From NCBI GenBank assembly GCA_964016885.1, contig OZ024764.1, positions 4,030,001 through 4,094,000 of the forward strand: a stretch of 64,000 nt of DNA, read 5' to 3'. The DNA comes from Eledone cirrhosa (lineage: Eukaryota). Under the pieces are notes generated by a model that saw nothing but the letters and a program-made list of their open reading frames with translations, did no database searches and was not told where the DNA came from. This document shows positions 40,695 through 53,056 of this stretch, piece by piece; position 1 is the stretch's first letter, and each line of letters begins with the position of its first letter. Position numbers and translations under genes: made by a program.

Positions 40695-41054
40695 ACAATA
40701 TTAAATAAATGGAAACTATATTTATAAAACCATATTTATTTCATTATACATATTTCAGGGATATCATATTAACAATATGCTATGCCTTCCTCAGACAAAA
40801 TACAATATAAACAGTTTTATAGATAAATAGATTTGACATACCGTAATAACATCGACTTGCATTTGAAGAGGTTGATATGGCAGTATCAACCTCTTCAAAT
40901 GCAAGTCGATGTTATTACGGTATGTCAAATCTATTTATCTATAAAACTGTTTATATTGTATTTTGTCTGAGGAAGGCATAGCATATTGTTAATATGATAT
41001 CCCTGAAATATGTATAATGAAATAAATATTAGTTTCCATTTATTTAATATTGTA
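40695..41054. ncRNA. Palindrome with mirror-image hammerhead motifs (40737-40802 minus; 40959-41024 plus)
   Basis: tattttgt-CTGAGGA-agg...cct-GAAA-tatgta-TA-atgaaata. The arms are almost perfect, with a loop of about 6 nt near 40880. Confidence 0.75.
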
Positions 41055-41172
41055 AATATACTCCAAATATTTGTCGAGTGCTTTTATATCAGTTATAAAT
41101 ATTTACTAGTTGTAACCCAACAATTTTAAATATAACTTTTCATATATATATATATATATATATATATCTATA

Positions 41173-41220
<48 letters not shown>

Positions 41221-41225
<5 letters not shown>

Positions 41226-41562
41226 ATATTAAATAAATGGAAACTATATTTATAAAACCATATTTATTTTATTATATATATTTCAAGGGTACCAAGACAC
41301 ATTGGTACACTTTCATCAGATAAAATACAAAGTTTGTTTTATAAATAGAGACGTACCCATGAAAATCATACCTTATCGGTTGGAAATTCACTGGTAGACT
41401 ACCAGTGAATTTCCAACCGATAAGGGTACGTCTCTATTTATAAAACAAACTTTGTATTTTATCTGATGAAAGCGTACCAATGTTGTCTTGTACCCTTGAA
41501 ATATATATAATAAAATAAATATGGTTTTATAAATATAGTTTCCATTTATTTAATATCATTGA
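41221..41562. ncRNA. Palindrome with mirror-image hammerhead motifs (41265-41327 minus; 41455-41517 plus)
   Basis: tattttat-CTGATGA-aag...ctt-GAAA-tatata-TA-ataaaata. Centre CACTGGTAG-A-CTACCAGTG at 41398. Confidence 0.78.
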
Positions 41563-41651
41563 ATATTTACTTCAGTAAACTGTTGAGTGCTCTAAATCAG
41601 TTATAAACATTTATGTTTGTCGGACTTCCAACAAATTAAATACAACTTCTA

Positions 41652-41686
<35 letters not shown>

Positions 41687-41689
<3 letters not shown>

Positions 41690-42405
41690 GCATGGCTTAA
41701 TGTTTAGAGCATTGGGCTGGCAATTGAGAGGTTGTGAGTTCTCGGACTGGGTGTTGTGTCCTTGAGCAAGACACTTTATTTCACGTTGCTCCAGTTCACT
41801 CAGCTGTAGAAATGAGTTGCGACGTCACTGGTGCCAAGCTGTATCAGCCATTGCCTTTCCCTTGGACATCATCGGTGGCGTGGAGAGAGGAGACTGGTAT
41901 GTAAGGGTGACTGCTGGTCTTCCACAAAAACACACTTGCCCAGGCTTGTGCTTCGGAGGGGAGCTTTCTAGGTGCAAAACCATAGTCATCCGTGACCAAG
42001 TGGGGCCAAAGCAAATATATATATATATATATATACATGACTTAGTGGTTAGAGCATTGGCCTTGCAATCGAAAGGCTGTGAGTTCAATTCTCAGACCGG
42101 GTGATGTGTTGTTTCCTTGAGCAAGACACTTTATTTCACATTGCTCCAGTTTACTCAGCTGTAGAAATGAGATGATAGGGACTGGGGTCCATATCATTCC
42201 ACTGCAAAGTGGTCGTGGAGGTGCCATGGCAAAAAAGCACCCAGCACTCACTGTAAATGAGGTTGGTGTTAGGAAGGGCATCCAGCTGTAGAAATCAAGC
42301 CAGAATCGGTTCCCGTATGAGCAAGACAACTGCCCACAATAGGACAAACCGTCTAACCCATGCTAACGTGGAAGAATGGACGTAAAACGGTGATGATGAT
42401 GATGA
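41687..42405 (+). mobile_element. Two tandem CORE-like SINEs (41687-42014 with a different tail; 42037-42405 family B)
   Basis: Both share the tRNA head and CCTTGAGCAAGACACTTTATTTCAC core, but their 3' halves differ. Confidence 0.85.
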
Positions 42406-42516
42406 TATACACACCAGGCCCGGACACAAAAGACCCCAACTATAACTGTCTCCACCTCTCCCGGTCACTCATCTCTATCATAAGTTTCTTGCTTCTATTA
42501 TTTTACGGATATAAAG

Positions 42517-42710
42517 GGCGGTGGATTGGCAGTATCGGTAGAGAGTCAGACACCATGCTTTGAGGCACAGAGTTACGGCCCTTGCCATTCTGAGTTCAAA
42601 TCCCGTCGAGGTTAACTTTGCCTTTCATCCTTACGGGGTCTATAAAATAAAGTACCAGTAATGTACTGGGATAATTACTGGCCTTGTGCTAAAAGTACAA
42701 ACAATTATTT
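42517..42710 (+). mobile_element. SINE family A
   Basis: Matches 16522-16710. Confidence 0.88.
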
Positions 42711-42890
42711 TAGGGATATAAACGTCCATAATTTTCTGGTAAAATTAATTACTTTTCTGTCAAAAATAATTAATTTTCCGGCAAAATTCATTAACATTCT
42801 AGCAAAAATGATTAATCTTCTGGCAAAAATAATTAATTTTCCGACAAAAATGATTAATTTTCTGGTATATACTCCTGGTTATAATAATTA

Positions 42891-43771
42891 CTAGCAGTGG
42901 TACCCGGCGTTGCATGGGATAAGGTATTTTGGAATGCGGGCCGCCAAAAAGACCTAATCGTGGAAAAACTGCATGCCTGGACAATATGTAAAGAAAATAA
43001 ACCGAATATTCTGATGGCTGGATAATCTTTAAGATTTTCCTTGATGAAGCAGGAAAAATGCAGGTTTTCACCTAATGCAGGCCCTAGGGGATAAACAAAA
43101 TGAATTTTTTTTATGTGCATAGTATGCCTTGAAATTTCGGGAAAATCGGCTAGACGTAACACCTCCAAAAAACCCTAAAAAGCTGAAAAAATGAAGTTTT
43201 TCACCTAATGCGGGCCCTACGCCATAAAAAAGTTGGATTTTCTTTGCTCACAGTATGAAGAAGAGACTGACTAATACATAGTTACAATTTCAAGGAAATC
43301 AGTTTTTCACCAAATGCAGGCCCTAGGAGATCAAAAAGTGTTATGTGCATAACACTCCCTGAAACATAAGTAATACACATGTAAAGTTTGAAAAAAGTCG
43401 GTGGGGTACTTCTCGAGTTTTAGGGATTCAAACTCACACACACACACACACAGACAGACACACAGACATCCTCAGGGAAGTGACATAATGCAGACAACCA
43501 GACATACAGACAGATATTGTAAGGGTGCGACGTTATAAGTATGTATCTATCTAAAAGGAGAAAGACTAAGAACTATAGAGCGAGATCGCTAAATCGCCTA
43601 ATGCGGTCCCCAGGGTATTGAACATTTGACATTTTTTTTGCTCAGAACACTCCCTGAAACATAAGTATTACATGTGTAAAGTTTGAAAACAGTCGGTTGG
43701 GTGGTTCTCGAGTTTTAGGGATTCAAACTCACACACACACAGACAGACATCCTCAGTTTTATATTTATAGA
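42891..43771 (-). mobile_element. Non-autonomous Helitron (same family as 27149)
   Basis: The minus strand reads TCTATAAATATAAAACTGAGG ... CCCATGCAACGCCGGGTACCACTGCTAG, with an internal duplication of the 5' region. Confidence 0.8.
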
Positions 43772-43807
43772 CTAGCAGAAAACCATCCGAGGGCGGTTTT
43801 CTGCTAG

Positions 43808-44340
43808 TCTATATATCTAAAACAGAGAATGTCTGTCTGTCTGTCAGCTCACTAAAACTTGAGAACCATCCAACCGATTGTTTTCAAACTTTAGACATGT
43901 AATACTTATGGTCCTGTGAGTGTTTTGAGCAAAAATTATTTCAAATTTTCAATGCCCTAGGGACCGCATTAGGCGATTTAGCGTTCTCTCTCTATAATTC
44001 TTAGTCTTTCTTTTTAGATAGATACATAGATATAACGTTGCGCCCTTATAATATCTGTCTGTATGTCTGGCTGTCTGCATTACGTCATTATGACGCGCAC
44101 AGTGCGATTCCCTCGGCCTCAGTGACCAAAGTCAGTGGAGAGGGGAAGGTAATGTTTCTGTAGCACGTGTTTTAGCGTCTATTCACTCTCTCTCTCTCTC
44201 CCTCTCTCCCTCCCGCTATCCCCCTCTCGTAGTCTGTCTCTTTCTTTCACTCTCACTCTCTCTCTCTCTCTACGCACGTGTTTCCACTGTCGGACAGACA
44301 GACAGACAGAGAAATTGCTGGTTATATATTACAAGGAGAT
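43808..44340 (+). mobile_element. Helitron 5' fragment, head-to-head with the previous element
   Basis: Starts TCTATATATCTAAAACAGAG. The body matches 27190-27430. Confidence 0.7.
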
Positions 44341-44507
44341 TATTGTTTAGACAATAGACATATTCTCAGCTATTCTGTGTCAATGGTATAGCCATAGCTG
44401 GCTTTCTTGTCTAGCCCATGCTAGCATGGGAGAACGGACGTAAAACGGTGATGATGATGATGATGATGAGTTGTGTGACGGGCATGACAACTCTAACCCT
44501 AACCTGC

Positions 44508-45373
44508 ATAGAGTTACGGCCCTTTATGATCTGAGTTCAAATCCCGCCGAGGTTAACTTTGCCTTTCATCTTTACGGGGTCGATAAAATAAAGTACCAGT
44601 AATGCACTGGGATAATTGCTGGCCTTGTGCCAAAAAATAGAAACAATTATATAATAATTGTTTCTACTTTTGGCACAAGGCCAGCAATTACCCCAGTGTA
44701 TTACTGGTACTTTATTTTATCGACCCCGTAAGGATGAAAGGCAAAGTTAACCTTGGTGGGATTTGGACTTAGAATCAGTAATATATTTGTTTCTACTTTT
44801 GGCACAAGGCCAGCAATTACCCCAGTGTATTACTGGTACTTTATTTTATCGACCCCGTAAGGATGAAAGTCAAAGTCAACCTCGGCTGGATTATATAATG
44901 CCTCTTCATAATGTCACATAGATATATGAAGGTGCGTGGCTGAGTGGTTAGAGAGTTGGATTCACAATCGAGAGGTTGCGAGTAGTTCTTCTTCTGACAA
45001 GTCATACTGGGGTTGCTTCTTCCTCAAAATACCTTTCTATCCTTCTCTGGAAGAACTCGTCCATGTTCAGACCTGCAGAGAGATGAGTGCCACCAGGCTT
45101 TAAAAAAATATGCTCAAGCGACGTTGTATTCCACTACAGTGTCCCCTATGATTCCATGAAGAGTTACATATAATAATAATAATAATAATTGTTTCTACTT
45201 TAGGCACAAGGCCAGCAATTACCTAGTGCTTTACTGGTACTTTATTTTATCGACCCCGTAAGGATGAAAGGCAAAGTTAACCTCGGCGGGATTTGAACTC
45301 AGATCGTAAAGGGACGTAACTATGCTGGAAAGCATGGCGTCCGACCCTCTACCGATACTGCCAATCCACCACC
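44508..45373. mobile_element. Cluster of SINE family A copies (plus 44508-44650; minus 44655-44775, 44786-44890, 45185-45373)
   Basis: The central domain recurs in both orientations. The first two copies are tail-to-tail. Confidence 0.85.
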
Positions 45374-45380
45374 CTATAAT

Positions 45381-47430
45381 ATTAATAATAATAATAATGA
45401 AATTATTCTGTACAGTGCTCAGGTGCACTACAACTCGTCAATGGTGTATGTATAGTACATAGAATAATGTAGAAATGTCAGGGAAGTGAACTGTGTGTGT
45501 GTGTGTGTATATATAGAGGTGGGATATCAGGTGTAGTGTTGGCGAATTTCAGGAAGCATGGAGGTTTTAAAGGATGCAGTGTCTCGACAGCTAACAACTG
45601 ATGCAGGTAGTTTGTTCCATGGAGGTTTTAAAGGATGCAGTGTCTCGACAGCTAACAACTGATGCAGGTAGTTTGTTCCATGGAGGTTTTGAAGGATGCA
45701 GTGACTCGACAGCTAATAACTGATGCAAGTAGTTTGTTCCATGGAGGTTTTAAAGGATGCAGTGTGTTGACAGCTAACAACTGATGCAGGTAGTTTGTTC
45801 CATGGAGGTTTTAAAGGATGCAGTGTCTCGACAGCTAACAACTGATGAAGGTAGTTTGTTCCATGGAAGTTTTAAAGGATGCAGTGTCTCGACAGCTAAC
45901 AACTGATGCAGATAGTTTGTTCCATGGAGGTTTTAAAGGATGCAGTGTCCCGACAGCTAACAACTGATGCAGGTAGTTTGTTCCATGGAGATTTTAAAGG
46001 ATGCAGTGTCCCGACAGCTAACAACTGATGCAGGGAGTTTGTTCCATGGAGGTTTTAAAGGATGCAGTGTCTCGACAGCTAGCAACTGATACAGGTAGTT
46101 TGTTCCATGGAGGTTTTAAAGGATGCAGTGTCTCGACAGCTAACAACTGATGCAGGTAGTTTGTTCCATGGAGGTTTTAAAGGATGCAGTGTCTCGACAG
46201 CTAATAACTGATGCATGTAGTTTGGTCCATGGAGGTTTTAAAGGATGCAGTGTCTCGACAGCTAACAACTGATGCAGGGAGTTTGTTCCATGGAGGTTTT
46301 AAAGGATGCAGTGTCTCGACAGCTAGCAACTGATACAGGTAGTTTGTTCCATGGAGGTTTTAAAGGATGCAGTGTCTCGACAGCTAATAACTGATGCATG
46401 TAGTTTGGTCCATGGAGGTTTTAAAGGATGCAGTGTCTCGACAGCTAACAACTGATGCAGGGAGTTTGTTCCATGGAGGTTTTAAAAGATGCAGTGTCTC
46501 GACAGCTAGCAACTGATACAGGTAGTTTGTTCCATGGAGGTTTTAAAGGATGCAGTGTCTCGACAGCTAACAACTGATGCAGGTAGTTTGTTCCATGGAG
46601 GTTTTAAAGGATGCAGTGTCTCGACAGCTAATAACTGATGCATGTAGTTTGGTCCATGGAGGTTTTAAAGGATGCAGTGTCTCGACAGCTAACAACTGAT
46701 GCAGGGAGTTTGTTCCATGGAGGTTTTAAAAGATGCAGTGTCTCGACAGCTAGCAACTGATACAGGTAGTTCCATGGAGGTTTTAAAGGATGCAGTGTCT
46801 CGACAGCTAACAACTGATGCAGGTAGTTTGTTCCATGGAGGTTTTAAAGGATGCAGTGTCTCGACAGCTAATAACTGATGCATGTAGTTTGGTCCATGGA
46901 GGTTTTAAAGGATGCAGTGTCTCGACAGCTAACAACTGATGCAGGGAGTTTGTTCCATGGAGGTTTTAAAAGATTCAGTGTCTCGACAGCTAGCAACTGA
47001 TACAGGTAGTTTGTTCCATGGAGGTTTTAAAGGATGCAGTGTCTCGACAGCTAACAACTGATGCAGGTAGTTTGTTCCATGGAGGTTTTAAAGGATGCAG
47101 TGTCTCGACAGCTAATAACTGATGCATGTAGTTTGGTCCATGGAGGTTTTAAAGGATGCAGTGTCTCGACAGCTAACAACTGATGCAGGGAGTTTGTTCC
47201 ATGGAGGTTTTAAAGGATGCAGTGTCTCGACAGCTAACAACTGATGCAGGTAGTTTGTTCCACACTTCAGCAACACTGAGCGTGAAAAAATGTTTCCAAC
47301 AGTCATGGGAGCTGAGCTGTTTTCTGACTTTGTTGGCATGTCCACATGTGTTAGACACATGGAAATCGAAAAGGTGCTCAGAGTTGTTGTTGGTGAGATG
47401 GTTAATAATTTTGTGGGAACATACAACACC
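45381..47430 (-). mobile_element. CR1-like LINE 3' end with a 61-bp segment in about 28 copies (45557-47262)
   Basis: Reverse complement of the 7665-8724 family, with the same unit. Confidence 0.9.
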
Positions 47431-47515
47431 ATACTAAGAGCTATGTCTGTATGGTCATGTAGTTCCCAGCACTGTATTTTTACTTATGGAGGCCCTAATA
47501 ATTTATATAAATGGT

Positions 47516-49268
47516 TTAACCCTTTAGCATTTAAACCAGCCATATCTGGTCAGTATTTCTCTTACCTCTTTCTGTTCAAACTGGCCATAACTGGCCACTC
47601 ATACTGATGTTAAGGTATTGTTCTCAAAATAAATAATATCAAAATCTCATAGATTCGATATTATGTGAGGTAAAGCCTTTACTGTGGAAATACAATAGTA
47701 TATATAGAGTAATGTAAATGTTTTGTGAGGTATTATGTGAGGTAAAGCCTTGACTGAAAATACAATAGTATATATAGAGTAATGTAAATGTTATGTGAGG
47801 TAAAGCCTTTACTATGAAATTACAATAGTATATATAGAGTAATGTAAATGTTATGTGAGATATTATGTGAGGTAAAGCCTTTACTGTGAAAATACAATAG
47901 TAGATATAGAGTAATGTAAATGTTATGTGAGATATTATGTGAGGTAAAGCCTTTACTGTGAAAATACAATAGTATATATAGAGTAATGTAAATGTTATGT
48001 GAGATATTATGTGAGGTAAAGCCTTTACTGTGAAAATACAATAGTATATATAGAGTAATGTAAATGTTATGTGAGATATTACGTGAGGTAAAGCCCGTAC
48101 TGTGAAAATACAATAGTATATATAGAGTAATGTAAATGTTATGTGAGGTAAAGCCTTTACTGTGAAAATACAATAGTATATATAGAGTAATGTAAATGTT
48201 ATGTGAGGTAAAGCCTTTACTGTGAAAATACAATAGTATATATAGAGTAATCTAAATGTTATGTGAGATATTATGTGAGGTAAAGTCTTTACTGTGAAAA
48301 TACAATAGTATATATAGAGTAATGTAAATGTTATGTGAGATATTATGTGAGGTAAAGCCTTTACTGTGAAAATACAATAGTATATATAGAGTAATCTAAA
48401 TGTTATGTGAGATATTATGTGAGGTAAAGCCTGTACTGTGAAAATACAATAGTATATATAGAGTAATGTAAATGCTATGTGAGATATTATGTGAGGTAAA
48501 GCCTTTACTGTGAAAATACAACAGTATATATAGAGTAATGTAAATGTTATGTGAGATATTATGTGAGGTAAAGACTTTACTGTGAAAATACAATAGTATA
48601 TATAGAGTAATGTAAATGTTATGTGAGATATTATGTGAGGTAAAGCCTTTACTGTGAAAATACAATAGTATATATAGAGTAATCTAAATGTTATGTGAGA
48701 TATTATGTGAGGTAAAGTCTTTACTGTGAAAATACAATAGTATATATAGAGTAATGTAAATGTTATGTGAGATATTATGTGAGGTAAAGCCTTTACTGTG
48801 AAAATACAATAGTATATATAGAGTAATCTAAATGTTATGTGAGATATTATGTGAGGTAAAGTCTTTACTGTGAAAATACAATAGTATATATAGAGTAATG
48901 TAAATGTTATGTGAGATATTATGTGAGGTAAAGCCTTTACTGTGAAAATACAATAGTATATATAGAGTAATCTAAATGTTATGTGAGATATTATGTGAGG
49001 TAAAGCCTTTACTGTGAAAATACAATAGTATATATAGAGTAATGTAAATGTTATGTGAGGTATTATGTGAGGTAAAGCCTTTACTGTGAAAATACAATAG
49101 TATATATAGAGTAATGTAAATGTTATGTGAGATATTATGTGAGGTAAAGAATTTACTGTGAAAATACAATAGTATATATAGTATGAGTGACCGGTTATGG
49201 CCAGTTGGAACAGAAAGAGGTGAGAGACTTCTAGCCAGATATGGCTGGTTTAAATACTAAAGGGTTAA
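47516..49268. mobile_element. piggyBac-type MITE with a 72/60-bp array (about 22 units, minus orientation)
   Basis: TTAACCCTTTAGCATTTAAACCAGCCATATCTGG ... CCAGATATGGCTGGTTTAAATACTAAAGGGTTAA. Confidence 0.9.
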
Positions 49269-49456
49269 AGCAGTTATCTGAAAAAAAATGTCATGTTTAC
49301 TATGTGAATTACAATAAAGATACAAAAGAGATAGATATTGATAATGGTATATAATATATTTGAAGGGTTCCAAGAGGTTGAGAAACATTGCTTCAGATTA
49401 CGAAAGGGATCACCAGAAAACCAGGGTCTTTATACTGTCAAGTCCTTCACATGGAT

Positions 49457-51790
49457 AAGGTAAGTGATATTTTCTCACTTATGCCCCCTTCTTCTTCTTT
49501 AAACTCGACCTCCACTCTTGGATAAGCAATGTAAATGTTTCCTGGGTAGGGGTTGGGGGTCGTCTTTGAAAACAAACATTAGGGCCACTTAAATCAATGA
49601 ACATAGGTGTAGTAGCCATCAAGGAGGCCATTTTTGGCAGTGATATGGTGGTCACATCTCCCAGCCATCCATGGAATTGAAGGCAGAATCGCTGTGTTGA
49701 TCTCAAAAGGCTTGGTTCTCACGATACGGAGCTTCTCCAGGACCTCAGAAGGTAAGTCTTGGAAAACAAACACTAGGGCCACTTAAATCAATGAACATAG
49801 GTGTTGTAGCCATCAAGGAGGCCATTTTTGGCAGTGATATGGTGGTCACATCTCCCAGCCATCCATGGAATTGAAGGCAGAATCGCTGTGTTGATCTCAG
49901 AAGGCTTGGTTCTCACGATACGGAGCTTCTCCAGGACCTCAGAAGGTAAGTCTTCTTCTCCCACTTATTCCTGAGAGGACCGTGGGGGCAGAGTCCTGAA
50001 ACACTCCCTCCAGCGGCTCCTGTCAGAAGCAACTGTCTCCAACTGATCCAGCTGGATCCCCAAGCAAGACCAGCCAAGTTCATGGATGTTATCCAACCAT
50101 CTTGCTTAGGGTCTCCCCCTGGGACTCCTGTTGGTTTCGCCTGAAGAAGGTAAGTAATAATTGTTTCTACTTTAGGCACAAGGCCAGCAATTATCTCAGT
50201 GCATTACTGGTACTTTATTCTATCGACCCCCGTAAGGATGAAAGGCAAAGTCAACCTCGGCGGGATTTGAACTCAGATCGTAAAGGGCCGTAACACTGTG
50301 CTGCAAAGCATGGCGTCCGACCCTCTACCGATACTGCTAAACCACTAAGAAGGTAAGTAATAAGGGTTCCTAGTATAGGCACAAGGCCAGTAACTTAGGG
50401 GAGGGGAAAGTCGATTAAATCGACCCCAGTGCGTGACTGGTACTTTATTTTATCAACTCTGTAAGGATGAAAGGCAAAGTTAACCTCGACAGGATTTGAA
50501 CTCAGACCGTAAAGGACCATAACTCTGTGCTGCAAAGCATGGTGTCCGACGCTCTACCGATATTGCCAATCCATCGCCTCAAGAAGGTAAGTGATAAATA
50601 TTATAATAAATATAAAGATCTAGAGATAGAAATACCTGAATGTTGATGAAGACAGAAACAGTACCTGTAATAATAGGGGCCCAGGGAATGCTGAAAACAC
50701 AGAGAGATACATAACCAAAACTCCAGGACTTTAAAATATATACAGCATAAGGTAAGTGATATTTTCCTTCTTTTGCCCTCTCCTTCTTCTTTAAACACGA
50801 CCCCCACTCTTGCATAAGCAATGTAAATGCTGCCTGGGTAGGGGTCAGAGGCCTTCTTGGAAAAGCAAACAGCAGGGCCACTTACTTGCTCAACGATCTT
50901 GGAACAATGAACATAGGTGTCGTAGCCATCAAGGAGGCCATTTTTGGCAGTGATATGGTGGTCACATCTCCCAGCCATCCATGGAATTGAAGGCAGAATC
51001 GCTGTGTTGATCTCAGAAGGCTTGGTTCTCACGATACGGAGCTTCTCCAGGACCTCAGAAGGTAAGTCTTGGAAAACAAACACTAGGGCCACTTAAATCA
51101 ATGAACATAAGTGTAGTAGCCATCAAGGAGGCCATTTTTAGCTGCGATATGGTGGTCACATCTCCCAGCCATCCATGGAATTGAAGGCAGAATCGCTGTG
51201 TTGATCTCAGAAGGCTTGGTTCTCACGATACGGAGCTTCTCCAGGACCTCAGAAGGTAAGTCTTGGAAAACAAACACTAGGGCCACTTAAATCAATGAAC
51301 ATAAGTGTAGTAGCCATCAAGGAGGCCATTTTTAGCTGCGATATGGTGGTCACATCTCCCAGCCATCCATGGAATTGAAGGCAGAATCGCTGTGTTGATC
51401 TCAGAAGGCTTGGTTCTCACGATACGGAGCTTCTCCAGGACCTCAGAAGGTAAGTCTTCTTCTCCCACTTATTCCTGAGAGGACCGTGGGGGCAGAGTCC
51501 TGAAACACTCCCTCCAGCGGCTCCTGTCAGAAGCAACTGTCTCCAACTGATCCAGCTGTATCCCCAAGCAAGACCAGCCAAGTTCACGGATGTTATCCTA
51601 CCATCTTGCTCATGGTCTACCCCTGGGTCTCCTGCCTCTGGTTTCGCCCCAAGAAGGTAAGTGATAATTATCATAATAAGTATAAAGATCTAGAGATAGA
51701 AATGACCTGAATGTTGATGATGAAAACCGAAACAATACCTGTAATCATATTATCCTGGGAAGGATAAAAACACACAGACAGGTACATAGC
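49457..51790 (+). repeat. Modular array of TE fragments delimited by AAGGTAAGT, including a 194-bp unit in 5 copies
   Basis: The motif occurs at 49457, 49747, 49941, 50145, 50348, 50582, 50749, 51057, 51251, 51445 and 51652. The modules are an L1-like endonuclease fragment, an antisense RTE tail, antisense SINEs and an unknown piece of about 155 bp. Confidence 0.88.
50820..50990 (+). pseudogene. Degenerate N-terminus of an L1/Tx1-like AP endonuclease
   Basis: NVNAAWVGVRGLLGKANSRATYLLNDLGTMNIGVVAIKEAIF resembles the APE motif N(V)RGL...LL..L...IDV..IQET. An early stop follows. Confidence 0.5.
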
Positions 51791-51798
51791 CAAAACCC

Positions 51799-53056
51799 CA
51801 GGACTTACAAATATATATAGCATACAGAAGATAGCACTACTAGGTACTGTATATATATTATATAGAGTACACAGGACTTACAAATATATACAGCATACAG
51901 AAGATAGCACTACTAGGTACTGTATATATATTATATAGAGTACCACAGGACTTACAAATATATATAGCATACAGAAGATAGCACTACTAGGTACTGTATA
52001 TATATTATATAGAGTACCACAGGACTTACAAATATATACAGCATACAGAAGATAGCACTACTAGGTACTGTATATATATTATATAGAGTACCACAGGACT
52101 TACAAATATATATAGCATACAGAAGATAGCACTACTAGGTACTGTATATATATTATATAGAGTACCACAGGACTTACAAATATATACAGCATACAGAAGA
52201 TAGCACTACTAGGTACTGTATATATATTATATAGAGTACACAGGACTTACAAATATATACAGCATACAGAAGATAGCACTACTAGGTACTGTATATATAT
52301 TATATAGAGTACCACAGGACTTACAAATATATACAGCATACAGAAGATAGCACTACTAGGTACTGTATATATATTATATAGAGTACCACAGGACTTACAA
52401 ATATATATAACATACAGAAGATAGCACTACTAGGTACTGTATATATATTATATAGAGTACACAGGACTTACAAATATATACAACATACAGAAGATAGCAC
52501 TACTAGGTACTGTATATATATTATATAGAGTACCACAGGACTTACAAATATATACAACATACAGAAGATAGCACTACTAGGTACTGTATATATATTATAT
52601 AGAGTACACAGGACTTACAAATATATACAACATACAAAAGATAGCACTACTAGGTACGGTATATATATTTAGCAGTATTAGTTATAGATGTTATTGAGAT
52701 ACGAGTGACATAATAATGATTTCAACAGCAGAAATTAGAGATGAAATATATGTTTATTTTTGATGTAGCACAAACAATGGTGTGGTACAGAGGCTGGTTT
52801 CTGGCGTGTGATCAGTTGGCTTTTCAGTGGCTGTCTGTTTTTTCTTTCTCGCGTTCTCAACCAGCGTTGTTCTATCAAGAGGCGTGAGGCGTCTTACTAC
52901 ATATATTATATAGAGTACCACAGGACTTACAAATATATACAACATACAGAAGATAGCACTACTAGGTACTGTATATATATTATATAGAGTACCACAGGAC
53001 TTACAAATATATACAACATACAAAAGATAGCACTACTAATATATTATATAGAGTAC
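51799..53056 (+). repeat. 73/74-bp minisatellite (about 14 copies) interrupted at 52670-52901
   Basis: Unit CAGGACTTACAAATATATATAGCATACAGAAGATAGCACTACTAGGTACTGTATATATATTATATAGAGTAC(C)A. Confidence 0.93.
52689..52901 (-). mobile_element. Candidate solo LTR
   Basis: A 213-bp unique insert bounded by TGT...ACA, with AATAAA on the minus strand. The target-site duplication is not clean. Confidence 0.4.

Noticed and set aside
49594-51286. Minus-strand ORFs DLPSEVLEKLRIVRTKP...HCSKIVEQ with an apparent ccaag acceptor and a CAA|GTAAGT donor
   Set aside because: They lie in a tandemly repeated module whose plus strand resembles an L1-type endonuclease start. The acceptor is created by the duplication junction, and no partner exons were found. 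Exonisation is not excluded.
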